A stretch of 64,000 bases of DNA, from contig JAWODY010000084.1 of the NCBI GenBank assembly GCA_046483045.1, positions 6,806 through 70,805 on the forward strand, given 5' to 3'. Position 1 is the stretch's first letter. Each line of letters opens with the position of its first letter. The notes under the pieces are model-generated. The model ran no database searches and was not told where the DNA came from. It saw only the letters and a program-made list of their open reading frames with translations. The position numbers and the translations under genes were made by a program. Positions 46,105-55,557 of this stretch are shown here, one piece after another. The stretch comes from Anaerolineales bacterium. Lineage in GTDB: Bacteria > Chloroflexota > Anaerolineae > Anaerolineales > UBA11858.

Positions 46105-47622
46105 ATGAAGTCTCATCTTGTCGAATGTGTGCCCAATTTTTCAGAAGGTCGGCGCCCAGAAGTTGTGGATGCGATCAAGCAGGTAATCGCTGAGATCAAG
46201 GGGGTGTATGTCTTGGATCATCATTCTGATGAAGATCACAACCGGAGCGTAATCACCTTTGTCGGTTCCCCTGATGCGGTGGAGGAAGCGGCCTTTCAAG
46301 GTATTAAAAAAGCGTCGACGCTCATTGACCTCAACGAACATGAGGGGGAACACCCCCGTGTAGGAGCCACAGATGTTGTGCCCTTTATTCCCATTTCCGG
46401 GGTCTCCATGCAGGATTGTGTGGAAATGGCTAAACGTTTGGGGAAGCGGGTTGGAAGCGAGTTGAACATCCCGGTTTATTTATATGAAAAGGCAGCTACC
46501 AGGCCGGAGCGCAAACGCCTGGAAAATATTCGACGCGGTGAGTATGAAGGCCTGAAACAAGAGATCGACACGGATCCTGAACGCGAACCTGATTATGGCC
46601 CGTTAGAGCTGGGTCCGGCGGGAGCGACAGTGATCGGAGCACGGGAATTTTTAATCGCATATAACGTGTATTTGACCACCGACGATAAAAGTGTCGCTGA
46701 TAAGATTGCGCGAGCGGTGCGGCGTTCTTCGGGTGGATTGCGTTATGTGAAAGCGTTGGGCATGCTGGTGGATGGACGCGCCCAGGTGTCGATGAATCTG
46801 ACCAATTTCCACCGGACGCCCATGGCCCGAGTGGTGGAATTCATCCGCGGGGAAGCGAGGAGATATGGTGTCGCTGTTCATCACAGTGAGTTGGTGGGCC
46901 TTATTCCCCAGGAGGCCCTGGTGGATGCCGCGGTGTGGTACATGCAAATGGACCAATTTGATCCTGAGCAAGTCTTAGAACAGAAAATGTATGTTGCTTT
47001 AGAAGAAGAGGAATCCAGCTTGTTGGATCGACTGGCAGCAGGCACACCCACACCAGGGGGTGGTTCAGCAGCCGCCCAAGCAGCCGCTATGGGAGCGGGT
47101 TTGGTTTCCATGGTCGTCCGCACGACCTTGGGTAAGCGCCAATATGAGCGTGCCGCAGAGAAATTGGAAATTGTTTTAAAAGAGTCGGAAGAGCTGCGGG
47201 ACACGCTGACCTCTGCGGTTGAGGAGGACGCTGCAGCCTTCAAGGCCTTGATGGAAGCCTACCGTTTACCGACGGATGATCCCGGTCGGTCTCAGACCAT
47301 CCAACAGGCGACACTGCCGGCTACCCGCGTACCCCAACAGGTGATGCGGGATAGCCTGCGGGTGATGTCCTTGGCGCTTAAGGTGGCGAAAAAGGGCAAC
47401 CTCAACGCCATTACAGATGCCGCTACAGGGTTGGACCTGGCCCATGGGGCTTTAAAAAGCGCAAGCTACAACGTGCGGATCAACATCCAGGACTTGGATG
47501 ATCAAAAGATGAAGCAAAGCATGTTGTCTGAATTGGATGAACTGGAGAAGGAAGCAGAGCAAATCCAATCTCAGTTGGAAGGCGTCCTCAGGAACAGGGC
47601 TCAATTGTTTTCGAACACCTAA
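46105..47622 (+). CDS. ftcD: bifunctional glutamate formimidoyltransferase / formimidoyltetrahydrofolate cyclodeaminase
   Basis: N-terminal VECVPNFSEGR, the transferase signature. The C-terminal third has TPTPGGGSAAAQAAAMGAGLVSMV, typical of the cyclodeaminase domain. Confidence 0.85.
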   Translation: MKSHLVECVPNFSEGRRPEVVDAIKQVIAEIKGVYVLDHHSDEDHNRSVITFVGSPDAVEEAAFQGIKKASTLIDLNEHEGEHPRVGATDVVPFIPISGVSMQDCVEMAKRLGKRVGSELNIPVYLYEKAATRPERKRLENIRRGEYEGLKQEIDTDPEREPDYGPLELGPAGATVIGAREFLIAYNVYLTTDDKSVADKIARAVRRSSGGLRYVKALGMLVDGRAQVSMNLTNFHRTPMARVVEFIRGEARRYGVAVHHSELVGLIPQEALVDAAVWYMQMDQFDPEQVLEQKMYVALEEEESSLLDRLAAGTPTPGGGSAAAQAAAMGAGLVSMVVRTTLGKRQYERAAEKLEIVLKESEELRDTLTSAVEEDAAAFKALMEAYRLPTDDPGRSQTIQQATLPATRVPQQVMRDSLRVMSLALKVAKKGNLNAITDAATGLDLAHGALKSASYNVRINIQDLDDQKMKQSMLSELDELEKEAEQIQSQLEGVLRNRAQLFSNT

Positions 47623-47725
47623 GGTTCCAACCTCATCTCAACGATGAGTACCGTGACGAAATGGAACATTAGTCAAACGATAACCTACTTTCCAAAATGT
47701 GGTTATGAATGGTGATCTCTCAACC

Positions 47726-49393
47726 ATGAAAAAGATACTCCCTTGGATTCTATTAATTGGAGCTTTGTTAGCCTCCTTTTTCTTCTTGCAGCGCACTTTA
47801 GGTGAAGTGTTTTTTCCTTTTACTGGGACGGGGACAGCGACCCCCTATATTCCTGTTTCATCATTTCAAACACCGGTGCCTACGGAGATTCCCACGGTCA
47901 TACCAACACCCACTCCTGAACCTCTTTCTTTGTGGCTGGATCCCGCCTTTCCGGATGGATTTCAATCGCGTGTAGCGCTGCCTCCGGGGCTGGTGATGGC
48001 TTCCTCTCCGGATCAAGCAACGTACAGGGTCGCGGTAAGTGATGAAAAACCGCACAGCCGCTGGGTCTATGCCCTCGTGGTCCCTTTTCCCACAGTGGTG
48101 GATGAGGTTTCCTTTCAGGATGTGCATGATGCCTGGGCGGGAGAACAGAATCCGACGTTTTCTAATTCGCCGCTGTTGATGACGGATTCCACGTCCTACG
48201 TGTTCACAAAACTGTGGGGGGAACCCGCCGCGGGGGCGATCCGCGTTGTGGATGCAGATGACTTGATGGGGATGGCCTGGGAGTCCCGGCCTTCTTGGGC
48301 CCTGGTTCCCTTCGAAGACCTCTCTCCACGCTGGAAGGTGCTCAGCGTGGATGGGGCTTCGCCGATCCGGAAGGGGTTTGAAGCGGAGCGATATCCGCTG
48401 ACCGTCACCTTCTCCTTGCTGGGTGGGAAGCTTGGGGATGGGGTTCTCCCGACCACCAACTATGATCCCGGAAAGAGGACTACGCTGGTCATGACTGGGG
48501 TCACGGCGCTGGTGCGCGCCACTGCATATACTATGGAGATGAAAGGTTTGACGTATCCCGCACAGGATATCCAGCCCTGGTTGGTAGATGCGGATATCAC
48601 GCACATAAGCAATGAAATCCCCTTTGTGAAAGGTTGTCCTTACCCTGAACCCAATCAGGAAGGACTAGAATTTTGCAGTGATCCCCGTTACATCGAACTG
48701 CTTGAACATGTGGGGACGGATATCGTTGAGTTGACGGGGGACCATTTTGGGGATTGGGGTGCGGAGGCCATGCTCTACACCCTGGAGCTTTATGACCAGC
48801 GCGGGTGGCCTTATTATGGAGGAGGCGAGAACAGGCAGCAAGCCCGGAAGCCAGTGATCCTGGAGCACCATGGCAACCGGTTCGGGTTTATCGGCTGCAA
48901 TGCCAAGGGAGGGGGATATGCCAAGGCATCCTCCGATTATCCGGGCGCGGTGGCCTGCGATTTTGAATACATGGCATCCCAGGTTCGGACATTGAAAGAT
49001 GAGGGGATCATCCCCATCGTTACCTTCCAGCATATTGAGTTTTACAAGTACGAAGCATTACCTATCCTGGTGCAGGATGCGGCCCGGATGACGGAAGCGG
49101 GGGCTGTGATCGTCAGCGGTAGCCAGGCTCATCAACCTCATGGGCTAGAAATCAACGAGGGTTCGTTTGTGCATTATGGGTTAGGTAATTTGTTTTTTGA
49201 TCAATATGCTGGGAGTCCCAACGTGTCGGAAACCCGGAAAGCGTTTGTCGACCGCCATGTTTTTTATGATGGTAGACATATCAGCACGGAATTACTGACC
49301 ATGGTTTTTGTGGATTTCGCTCGTGCTCGTCCGATGACGGTGGAGGAGCGCAGGGATTTACTGCAGCGGACGTTCTCAGCCAGCGGGTGGTAG
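47726..49393 (+). CDS. CapA/PGA_cap-family metallophosphatase-like protein, secreted or anchored
   Basis: A signal/anchor sequence MKKILPWILLIGALLASFFF. The C-terminal half has MTGVTALVR, ITHISNEIPF, VELTGDHFGDWG, GGGENRQQA and SGSQAHQPH, CapA-family blocks. The start could be 47699. Confidence 0.75.
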   Translation: MKKILPWILLIGALLASFFFLQRTLGEVFFPFTGTGTATPYIPVSSFQTPVPTEIPTVIPTPTPEPLSLWLDPAFPDGFQSRVALPPGLVMASSPDQATYRVAVSDEKPHSRWVYALVVPFPTVVDEVSFQDVHDAWAGEQNPTFSNSPLLMTDSTSYVFTKLWGEPAAGAIRVVDADDLMGMAWESRPSWALVPFEDLSPRWKVLSVDGASPIRKGFEAERYPLTVTFSLLGGKLGDGVLPTTNYDPGKRTTLVMTGVTALVRATAYTMEMKGLTYPAQDIQPWLVDADITHISNEIPFVKGCPYPEPNQEGLEFCSDPRYIELLEHVGTDIVELTGDHFGDWGAEAMLYTLELYDQRGWPYYGGGENRQQARKPVILEHHGNRFGFIGCNAKGGGYAKASSDYPGAVACDFEYMASQVRTLKDEGIIPIVTFQHIEFYKYEALPILVQDAARMTEAGAVIVSGSQAHQPHGLEINEGSFVHYGLGNLFFDQYAGSPNVSETRKAFVDRHVFYDGRHISTELLTMVFVDFARARPMTVEERRDLLQRTFSASGW

Positions 49394-49419
49394 GTCTGTT
49401 TTTAGAGGAGGGTTTTCTG

Positions 49420-50382
49420 ATGGGCGATATAACAGATGTGTCAGGCTTCAAAGTGGGTCATGCCCAGGATGAAGAAGCACTGACGGGGTGTACAGTGATC
49501 CTTTGCCCACCGGGGACGGTGGGAGGGGTCGATCAAAGGGGCGGGGCTCCGGGCACCCGTGAGACGGATGCCCTGCGCCTGGTCCACCTTGTGAACGAGG
49601 TCCATGCTGTGCTGCTGACCGGGGGCTCCGCTTTTGGACTGGATGCGGCTTCTGGGGTGACCAAATATTTGGAAGAACAAGGGGTAGGATTTGATGTCGG
49701 TCCTGCCCGTGTGCCCATCGTTCCCGCTGCTGTTTTGTTTGATTTGGGCCTGGGCGACCCTAACGTCAGACCCGATGCAGAGATGGGCTATGCGGCTTGC
49801 CAGAATACGCGGACAAATGAGCCGGAAGAAGGAAATGTGGGGGCGGGGATGGGGGCGACTGTGGGGAAGATCTTGAGCATGAAACAAGCCATGAAAGCAG
49901 GGTTTGGCATGGCGAGTAAGAAAATTGGGAGGGGGGGGATTGTTGGAGCAGCGGTAGCCGTAAACGCTTTTGGCGATATTATAGATTCCGCTCGACATCA
50001 AATCATCGCCGGTGCTCGGGGCATTCGAGGATTCGCTGATACCCGGAAGGTCATGGGGTCTCTGGTTGGGCGGACGATCTTGAAATTTGCGACAGCGAAT
50101 AACACGGTCATCGGTACAGTGGCTACCAATGTCAAATTGTCAAAAGAAGAGGTTACCAAGGTAGCCCGGATGGCTCATAATGGGTTAGCGCGAGCGATTC
50201 GACCTGCGAATACAATGGTTGATGGCGACACGGTCTTTGCGCTGTCTTCTGGTGATGTCAATCTGGATGTCAATATCGTGGGGACATTTGCAGCGGAGGT
50301 CTATGAGGAAGCGATTTTGCGCGCAGCTCACCAGGCAGAAGATATCAAGGGTTGTCCATCCGCTGCTTCCTTTTCAGCCTGA
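49420..50382 (+). CDS. P1/S58-family peptidase (DmpA/L-aminopeptidase D-esterase-like)
   Basis: ITDVSGFKVGH, TGCTVIL, GGAPGTRETD and the NTVIGTVATN self-processing region. ATG 49420 lies 7 nt after GAGGAGG. Confidence 0.85.
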   Translation: MGDITDVSGFKVGHAQDEEALTGCTVILCPPGTVGGVDQRGGAPGTRETDALRLVHLVNEVHAVLLTGGSAFGLDAASGVTKYLEEQGVGFDVGPARVPIVPAAVLFDLGLGDPNVRPDAEMGYAACQNTRTNEPEEGNVGAGMGATVGKILSMKQAMKAGFGMASKKIGRGGIVGAAVAVNAFGDIIDSARHQIIAGARGIRGFADTRKVMGSLVGRTILKFATANNTVIGTVATNVKLSKEEVTKVARMAHNGLARAIRPANTMVDGDTVFALSSGDVNLDVNIVGTFAAEVYEEAILRAAHQAEDIKGCPSAASFSA

Positions 50383-50442
50383 AGGCTTCCAGAAAAAACC
50401 TCCAGTGTCGGGAGAGGTTTTGATTTTGAAAGGGGGAATCCG

Positions 50443-51081
50443 TCAGGCCCGGCGCTGTTCTTTCCAAACATCACCTTCATTGTGGTAGCCAGCTTCTTCC
50501 CAAAATCCTTTTTTATCTTCCGACCTGAATTCCAGGCCCCGCAGCCATTTGGCCCCTTTCCAGAAGTAAACTGTTTTCATATCCTCCCGCTCCGGCATAT
50601 GCCCAACGACGCCGCGCAGGGGATACCCATGGTCAGGGGTGATGGGTTCTCCATTCAGGTGAGTGGCCAGGAGGAAATTGTCCTGCATGATGATGTTCAG
50701 AGGTAAATTTGTGGTATAGCCTCCCCCTGCGTGTTGGGTGACAAAGTTTGCGGACGGCAAAGGTTTTATGATGCCTTCTTCCACCAGTCTGTTCACGGAG
50801 ACACCTTTCCACAATGTGTCGAATTTGCTCCACCGGGTCACGCAGTGGACGTCCATTTTCACTTCTCTGGTAGGTAGAGCATTGAATTCCTCCCATGTCC
50901 AGCGGCGTTCTTCCTCTACTTCGCCCCAGATCCGGAAAACCCATTGTGAGAGGTCAACCTCAGGGACGCTGCCATAATGAAGCACGGGAAATTTTTTCGT
51001 CAGGAATTGCCCGGGAGGGAGACGCCCCTCTTTCTGCATCTGTTTTTGCTCTTTTTTTCTTTGCTGTGGATTTGCCATCAT
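50443..51081 (-). CDS. sulfite-oxidase-like molybdopterin-dependent oxidoreductase (small YedY/MsrP-like form)
   Basis: FPVLHYGSVP, the DVHCVTRWSK motif and GYPLRGVV. Confidence 0.8.
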   Translation of the reverse strand: MMANPQQRKKEQKQMQKEGRLPPGQFLTKKFPVLHYGSVPEVDLSQWVFRIWGEVEEERRWTWEEFNALPTREVKMDVHCVTRWSKFDTLWKGVSVNRLVEEGIIKPLPSANFVTQHAGGGYTTNLPLNIIMQDNFLLATHLNGEPITPDHGYPLRGVVGHMPEREDMKTVYFWKGAKWLRGLEFRSEDKKGFWEEAGYHNEGDVWKEQRRA

Positions 51082-51091
51082 ACGTCCTTTT

Positions 51092-51775
51092 TCAAAATTG
51101 CATACTTTGATTTGGCTCCAAGATCCGGACCTGGGTACCGGTTTCTGCTTCCACCCGATCTTTCCATGCTTCCGGATCCTGGGAGATTAACTCCCAGGTG
51201 TTGTAATGTGTGGGGATGACGATTTCCGGTTTTACCATTTTGACTGCCCGTAAAGCGTCATTGGGTCCCATGGTGAAATTATCACCGATGGGAAGCGCAG
51301 CTACGTTAACACCCTCTTCACCGATGAGGGACATCCCAGAGAAGAGCCCTGTGTCGCCGGACAGGTAAATTTTCTCACCCTGAGGGGTGGTGATCAAAAA
51401 CCCTCCCGGCATGCCGCCGTAAGATCCATCTGGAAGAGAGGAGCCGTGGACGGCCTGGGTCATTTTCACGTATCCAAAGGGATGGTGAAATCCTCCACCG
51501 ATGTGTTGGGGATGAACTTCTACTCCTTGTTCGCTGACCCAATTAGCGACCTCGAAGTTGGCGATGACTTTCGCACCCGTTCGTTTGGCTATGGAAACGG
51601 AATCACTTACGTGATCGCCATGCCCGTGAGTGATAAGGATGAAATCAGCCTCTACCTCCCCAGCTCTCAGATCTGTGAGAGGGTTATCCGAAAAATAAGG
51701 GTCGACGAGGATCTGAGTTCCTTCGATGTCTAGAGCGAATGTGCTGTGCCCGAAAAATGAAAAAGTAAAACTCAT
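51092..51775 (-). CDS. MBL-fold metal-dependent hydrolase (UPF0173-like)
   Basis: FFGHSTFAL, ILITHGHGDHV. ATG 51775 lies 5 nt after GAGGAGG. Confidence 0.85.
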   Translation of the reverse strand: MSFTFSFFGHSTFALDIEGTQILVDPYFSDNPLTDLRAGEVEADFILITHGHGDHVSDSVSIAKRTGAKVIANFEVANWVSEQGVEVHPQHIGGGFHHPFGYVKMTQAVHGSSLPDGSYGGMPGGFLITTPQGEKIYLSGDTGLFSGMSLIGEEGVNVAALPIGDNFTMGPNDALRAVKMVKPEIVIPTHYNTWELISQDPEAWKDRVEAETGTQVRILEPNQSMQF

Positions 51776-51926
51776 AGATGCCTCCTCATTTGCCTTCATC
51801 AGGTTCCCGTAGCCTATTTTGCGGGAGTTCTCACTCTTCCCTCATTATAAATGAACTCGCGGTATAATTTTCGAGGCGTACGGTAAAATAGACCTTAGTC
51901 TGAGGTTCGTTATCTGAAGGAGATTC

Positions 51927-54900
51927 ATGTCTATGCGATCTAAAAAATGGGCATTCCTTTTAGTTTTCACACTCCTGTTTACAAGTTCCTGTTTTGGGGA
52001 GATCCTTTCCCTCTCTCAGAGGTCATCCTCGGAGAAGGCTACCCAGTTAGGGGAAGGTGAGCCCCAGGTGCTGATCAGTGAAGTCCTGGCAGGGATAGAG
52101 GGAAACAACAATCACGAATTTATTGAACTGTATAACTCCAGTTCTACCACCCCTGTAGAAATCGAGGGTTGGACGTTGTGGTACCAATTGAAAGAGGGGA
52201 AGGACGAACGCATTTTGCACCGTTGGACGGAGAAAGCCGTCATTCCTCCTCATGGTCATTACTTGTTGGGCCGATCGGGTGAATCATACAGCGAAGTCGT
52301 GGATGTCTTTTTTGATGTGTCCTTGGCAACCAGCAGAGGGGGGTTGTTGCTTCGAAAACCCGATGATACCCGGGGAGATAGTTTGAGCTGGGGAGTGGAT
52401 CCTCAACGTTATGGTGAAGGGGAAAAGGCCCCAGCTATGAGCAGAGGGGTTTCTTTAGAAAGAAAACCTGGTGGGGAGGATGGGAACGCCTTGGACACTG
52501 GAAACAACAGAGAAGATTTCCAGCTCAACTCCAGCCCCGAACCTCAAGGGACGGGGAGCAGGATCACACCCCTTGAAGAAGAGTACCTCGAGGTTTCCAT
52601 CTCAGGTCCTGACACTGTTGAACCGGGAGCTGAGTTTTACTACATATTCGAAGTCACAAATCACACCGACCAGGAACTTCATGATCTGAATGGTGTAATC
52701 CCATTGCCGGAGGAGATGCAGGTGCAGGATTTGCCAGGCTCGTTTTCTCTGAATGGGCTGAACGCTGTTTGGGAAGCGGAATCCCTTGATCCAGGAGAGA
52801 CGCGTTCCTCCCGGATCTCGATGAGGGCACCTTGGACTTATATCTCAACGAAGGTAGCGAATTATTTTGTGAGCGCTGCGAACTGGGAGGTCCCCGCATT
52901 CGGAGGGGCTGTCCGGACCACGATTGCTGGCGGATCGATCCCCGCTGAAACCGCGAGGACGCTGGTTGGAAAAAAGGTGGCTGTGGAAGGGGTGGCTACC
53001 ATGTACACAGGGGGTTATTATGCCGGCAGCGGGAACACAAAATTTTATCTTGAAGATGAAACGGGCGGGATTCAGGTTTGGGTGCCCCAGGGTCAAAATA
53101 AAGTGGATGTCCAGCTGGGTGATCGGGTCAGAGCCCAAGGTGAACTTCAACTTTACCGGGGAGCAGTGGAACTTGTTGTCCATGACCTCGAAAAGGTGGA
53201 GGTCCTGGAGGGATCCGCGGTTGAATTACCATTGGAACCCACCACAGTGAGTATTGAACAAGCCTCCCGTGATGAATCCCTGGCTGGGAAACTGGTCCAG
53301 GTGGAAGGTAAGGTCCTCCGTTCAGAAGAATTCAGCTACAGCTACGAGCTGGACTTAATGGGGGACGAGGCGCATGTCCTCACATTGTATGTCGATAAAA
53401 ACACAGAGATGACCCTGGAAACGGTAGAGGTGGGAGACCGCTATCAAGCTAAGGGCATTCTCGAAGTGCGAGACAGCCGTCTACAGCTTTACCCCAGGAT
53501 ACAGAAAGATCTGGAGAAAGTTTACCCTCCAATCTTGCGCTTGACACTGGAGGCTCCAAACACAGCTTTATCCGGGCAGACCTTCACCGTCAATCTGACA
53601 GCAACCAACCATACCTCGGAGGTCATGAAGGATCTTGAGATCCATGTTGTGCTTCCCGATACTGCCAGGTTGGTAGAAGTGCTGGATGGCGGCGAGGAGA
53701 TAAGGGATAAAGAGCTTAAATGGGAAGTAGAAACATTACCAGGGAATGGCGAGAGCGCACAAGCGCGTTTTCGAATTCAGGGTTTGGATGAAGAGTACAT
53801 CCTCTTGGAGGATATCCAGGCCAGGGCAGATCAAGGGGAGTATACAGCAGAGATCGAACCACATTACGTGTTTGCCGGAGAGGTGATCCCCATCTGGGCC
53901 ATCCAGGGACCCGGGTTTCGATCAAACTATGTCCTGGATGAAGTGACCACGATCGGTGTGATAACGGGTTTGTTCCCTGAGCTGGGTGGGTTTTGGATCC
54001 AGACACAGGAACCAGATTCAGATCCGCGCACCTCGGAGGGCTTGTTCGTCAATGCTGAAGGCTTGAATATTGATCTCCAACCGGGTACCGAGGTGGAGGT
54101 AACGGGTGTTGTTCGAGAGATGTACCAGCAGACTCAAATCCAAATTGAGTCCCGGAGTGATCTTGAGGTACTCAATACAAATGAAGCTGTACCTGTTCCT
54201 GTGGAGTTGGACCCCCCACTTAACAACGCTGAATCGGAAACGTACTTTGAATCCTTGGAGGGGATGAGGGTACAAGTCGTGGAAGAAGCTTTAGTGGTCG
54301 CTCCCACAAATCGATATGGCGAGTATACCGTGATTCTGCCGGAACACCGCATCACGCGTTTGTGGTCGGCCCAGGAGAGCGGCGTTGGGATCACAGTGGA
54401 CGATGGGAGCTATGAGTCCCACGACGATCGGACCACACTTGATTACGTGGTAGCTGTCGGGGATCAAGTCTCAAACATCACGGGTCCCTTAGCCTACACG
54501 TTTGGGAATTATAAGATTGAACCCACCCAGCAGCCTGATGTGATTGACATTCTCCAGCGCTTACCATCCTTACCTAAGACAGGTGCGGACGAGTTCAGCA
54601 TTGCTACTTGGAATGTAGAAAACCTGTTTGATATCCGGGTACCCCATCCGTCGGATTCTGAGATGCCTACAGTGAAAGAATATGAGACGGATATCGCGAA
54701 AGTGGCGAACACGATTGTCTCTGCTGGACTCCCAACGGTGGTGGGATTACAGGAGGTTGAGAATATAGGTATCTTGGAGGATGTGGCTGCCCATCCATCG
54801 CTGATTGACTATCAATACCAGCCTGTGTTGATCGAAGGCACGGACAGCCGCGGTATCGATGTCGGTTATTTGGTCCGGGGGGATCGGGCAGAGATCTTGG

Positions 54901-55427
54901 ATACAAAACAATTCATTGCCCCGGAAGGGCTGACGAGTCGTCCCCCGCTGCTGGTTCGGGTCCGGGTTTTCAACGAAGATAGAGATCGGGAGCTTTATAT
55001 CATTAATAACCATTTCACTTCTATGAGTGGAGGTGAGAAAGCGACAGAGCCTCGCCGGACTGCACAAGCAGCCTGGAACGTGAGTATTGTGGAGGAAATT
55101 CGGGAGGAAAACCCTCAGGCGTCTATCGCTGTGGTCGGGGATCTGAATTCCTACTATCTTTCACCGCCCATTGATGCTTTGCGGGACGCTGGCTTAAAGC
55201 ATGTGATGTCTACCCTGCCGGATCAGGAACGTTATAACTATATCTACGCAGGTCGTTCTCAGCTCTTGGATCACATCCTGGTCACCCCGAACCTGATGGA
55301 CGCACTGGTTCGGGTCGATGTCTTGCATACGAACGCGGATTTCCCCCTACCTCTTCCCGGTGATGAGTCGCCGATGCGGAAGTCGGATCACGATTTGGTG
55401 GTTGCCACGTTTTCCGAGCTGGAATAA
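51927..55427 (+). CDS. secreted ExeM/NucH-type extracellular nuclease: LTD + repeat/Ig-like + OB-like + endonuclease/exonuclease/phosphatase (EEP) domain, 1166 aa
   Basis: A signal peptide (WAFLLVFTLLFTSSCFG). Lamin-tail-like VLISEVLAGIEGNNNHEFIELYNSSSTTPVEIEGWTLW. EEP blocks FSIATWNVENLFD, GLQEVEN, NNHFTS, VVGDLNS and KSDHD. Confidence 0.85.
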   Translation: MSMRSKKWAFLLVFTLLFTSSCFGEILSLSQRSSSEKATQLGEGEPQVLISEVLAGIEGNNNHEFIELYNSSSTTPVEIEGWTLWYQLKEGKDERILHRWTEKAVIPPHGHYLLGRSGESYSEVVDVFFDVSLATSRGGLLLRKPDDTRGDSLSWGVDPQRYGEGEKAPAMSRGVSLERKPGGEDGNALDTGNNREDFQLNSSPEPQGTGSRITPLEEEYLEVSISGPDTVEPGAEFYYIFEVTNHTDQELHDLNGVIPLPEEMQVQDLPGSFSLNGLNAVWEAESLDPGETRSSRISMRAPWTYISTKVANYFVSAANWEVPAFGGAVRTTIAGGSIPAETARTLVGKKVAVEGVATMYTGGYYAGSGNTKFYLEDETGGIQVWVPQGQNKVDVQLGDRVRAQGELQLYRGAVELVVHDLEKVEVLEGSAVELPLEPTTVSIEQASRDESLAGKLVQVEGKVLRSEEFSYSYELDLMGDEAHVLTLYVDKNTEMTLETVEVGDRYQAKGILEVRDSRLQLYPRIQKDLEKVYPPILRLTLEAPNTALSGQTFTVNLTATNHTSEVMKDLEIHVVLPDTARLVEVLDGGEEIRDKELKWEVETLPGNGESAQARFRIQGLDEEYILLEDIQARADQGEYTAEIEPHYVFAGEVIPIWAIQGPGFRSNYVLDEVTTIGVITGLFPELGGFWIQTQEPDSDPRTSEGLFVNAEGLNIDLQPGTEVEVTGVVREMYQQTQIQIESRSDLEVLNTNEAVPVPVELDPPLNNAESETYFESLEGMRVQVVEEALVVAPTNRYGEYTVILPEHRITRLWSAQESGVGITVDDGSYESHDDRTTLDYVVAVGDQVSNITGPLAYTFGNYKIEPTQQPDVIDILQRLPSLPKTGADEFSIATWNVENLFDIRVPHPSDSEMPTVKEYETDIAKVANTIVSAGLPTVVGLQEVENIGILEDVAAHPSLIDYQYQPVLIEGTDSRGIDVGYLVRGDRAEILDTKQFIAPEGLTSRPPLLVRVRVFNEDRDRELYIINNHFTSMSGGEKATEPRRTAQAAWNVSIVEEIREENPQASIAVVGDLNSYYLSPPIDALRDAGLKHVMSTLPDQERYNYIYAGRSQLLDHILVTPNLMDALVRVDVLHTNADFPLPLPGDESPMRKSDHDLVVATFSELE

Positions 55428-55557
55428 AATCAGGTTTTACGTATAATGGGCGAGGAAAAACTGGGATCGAACCTTTTGAGGTACCTGTTGGTTGTCCTTC
55501 AGATGGGGATAGCAGGGCAGGTCTGTAGTGTCACCGGTGGTCAAGGAAGAGGGTTTG

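Noticed and set aside
47861-48604. 247-aa minus-strand ORF
   Set aside because: It is antisense to the well-supported CapA-family gene. Its Arg/Pro/Gly-rich composition is typical of shadow ORFs, and it has no motif.
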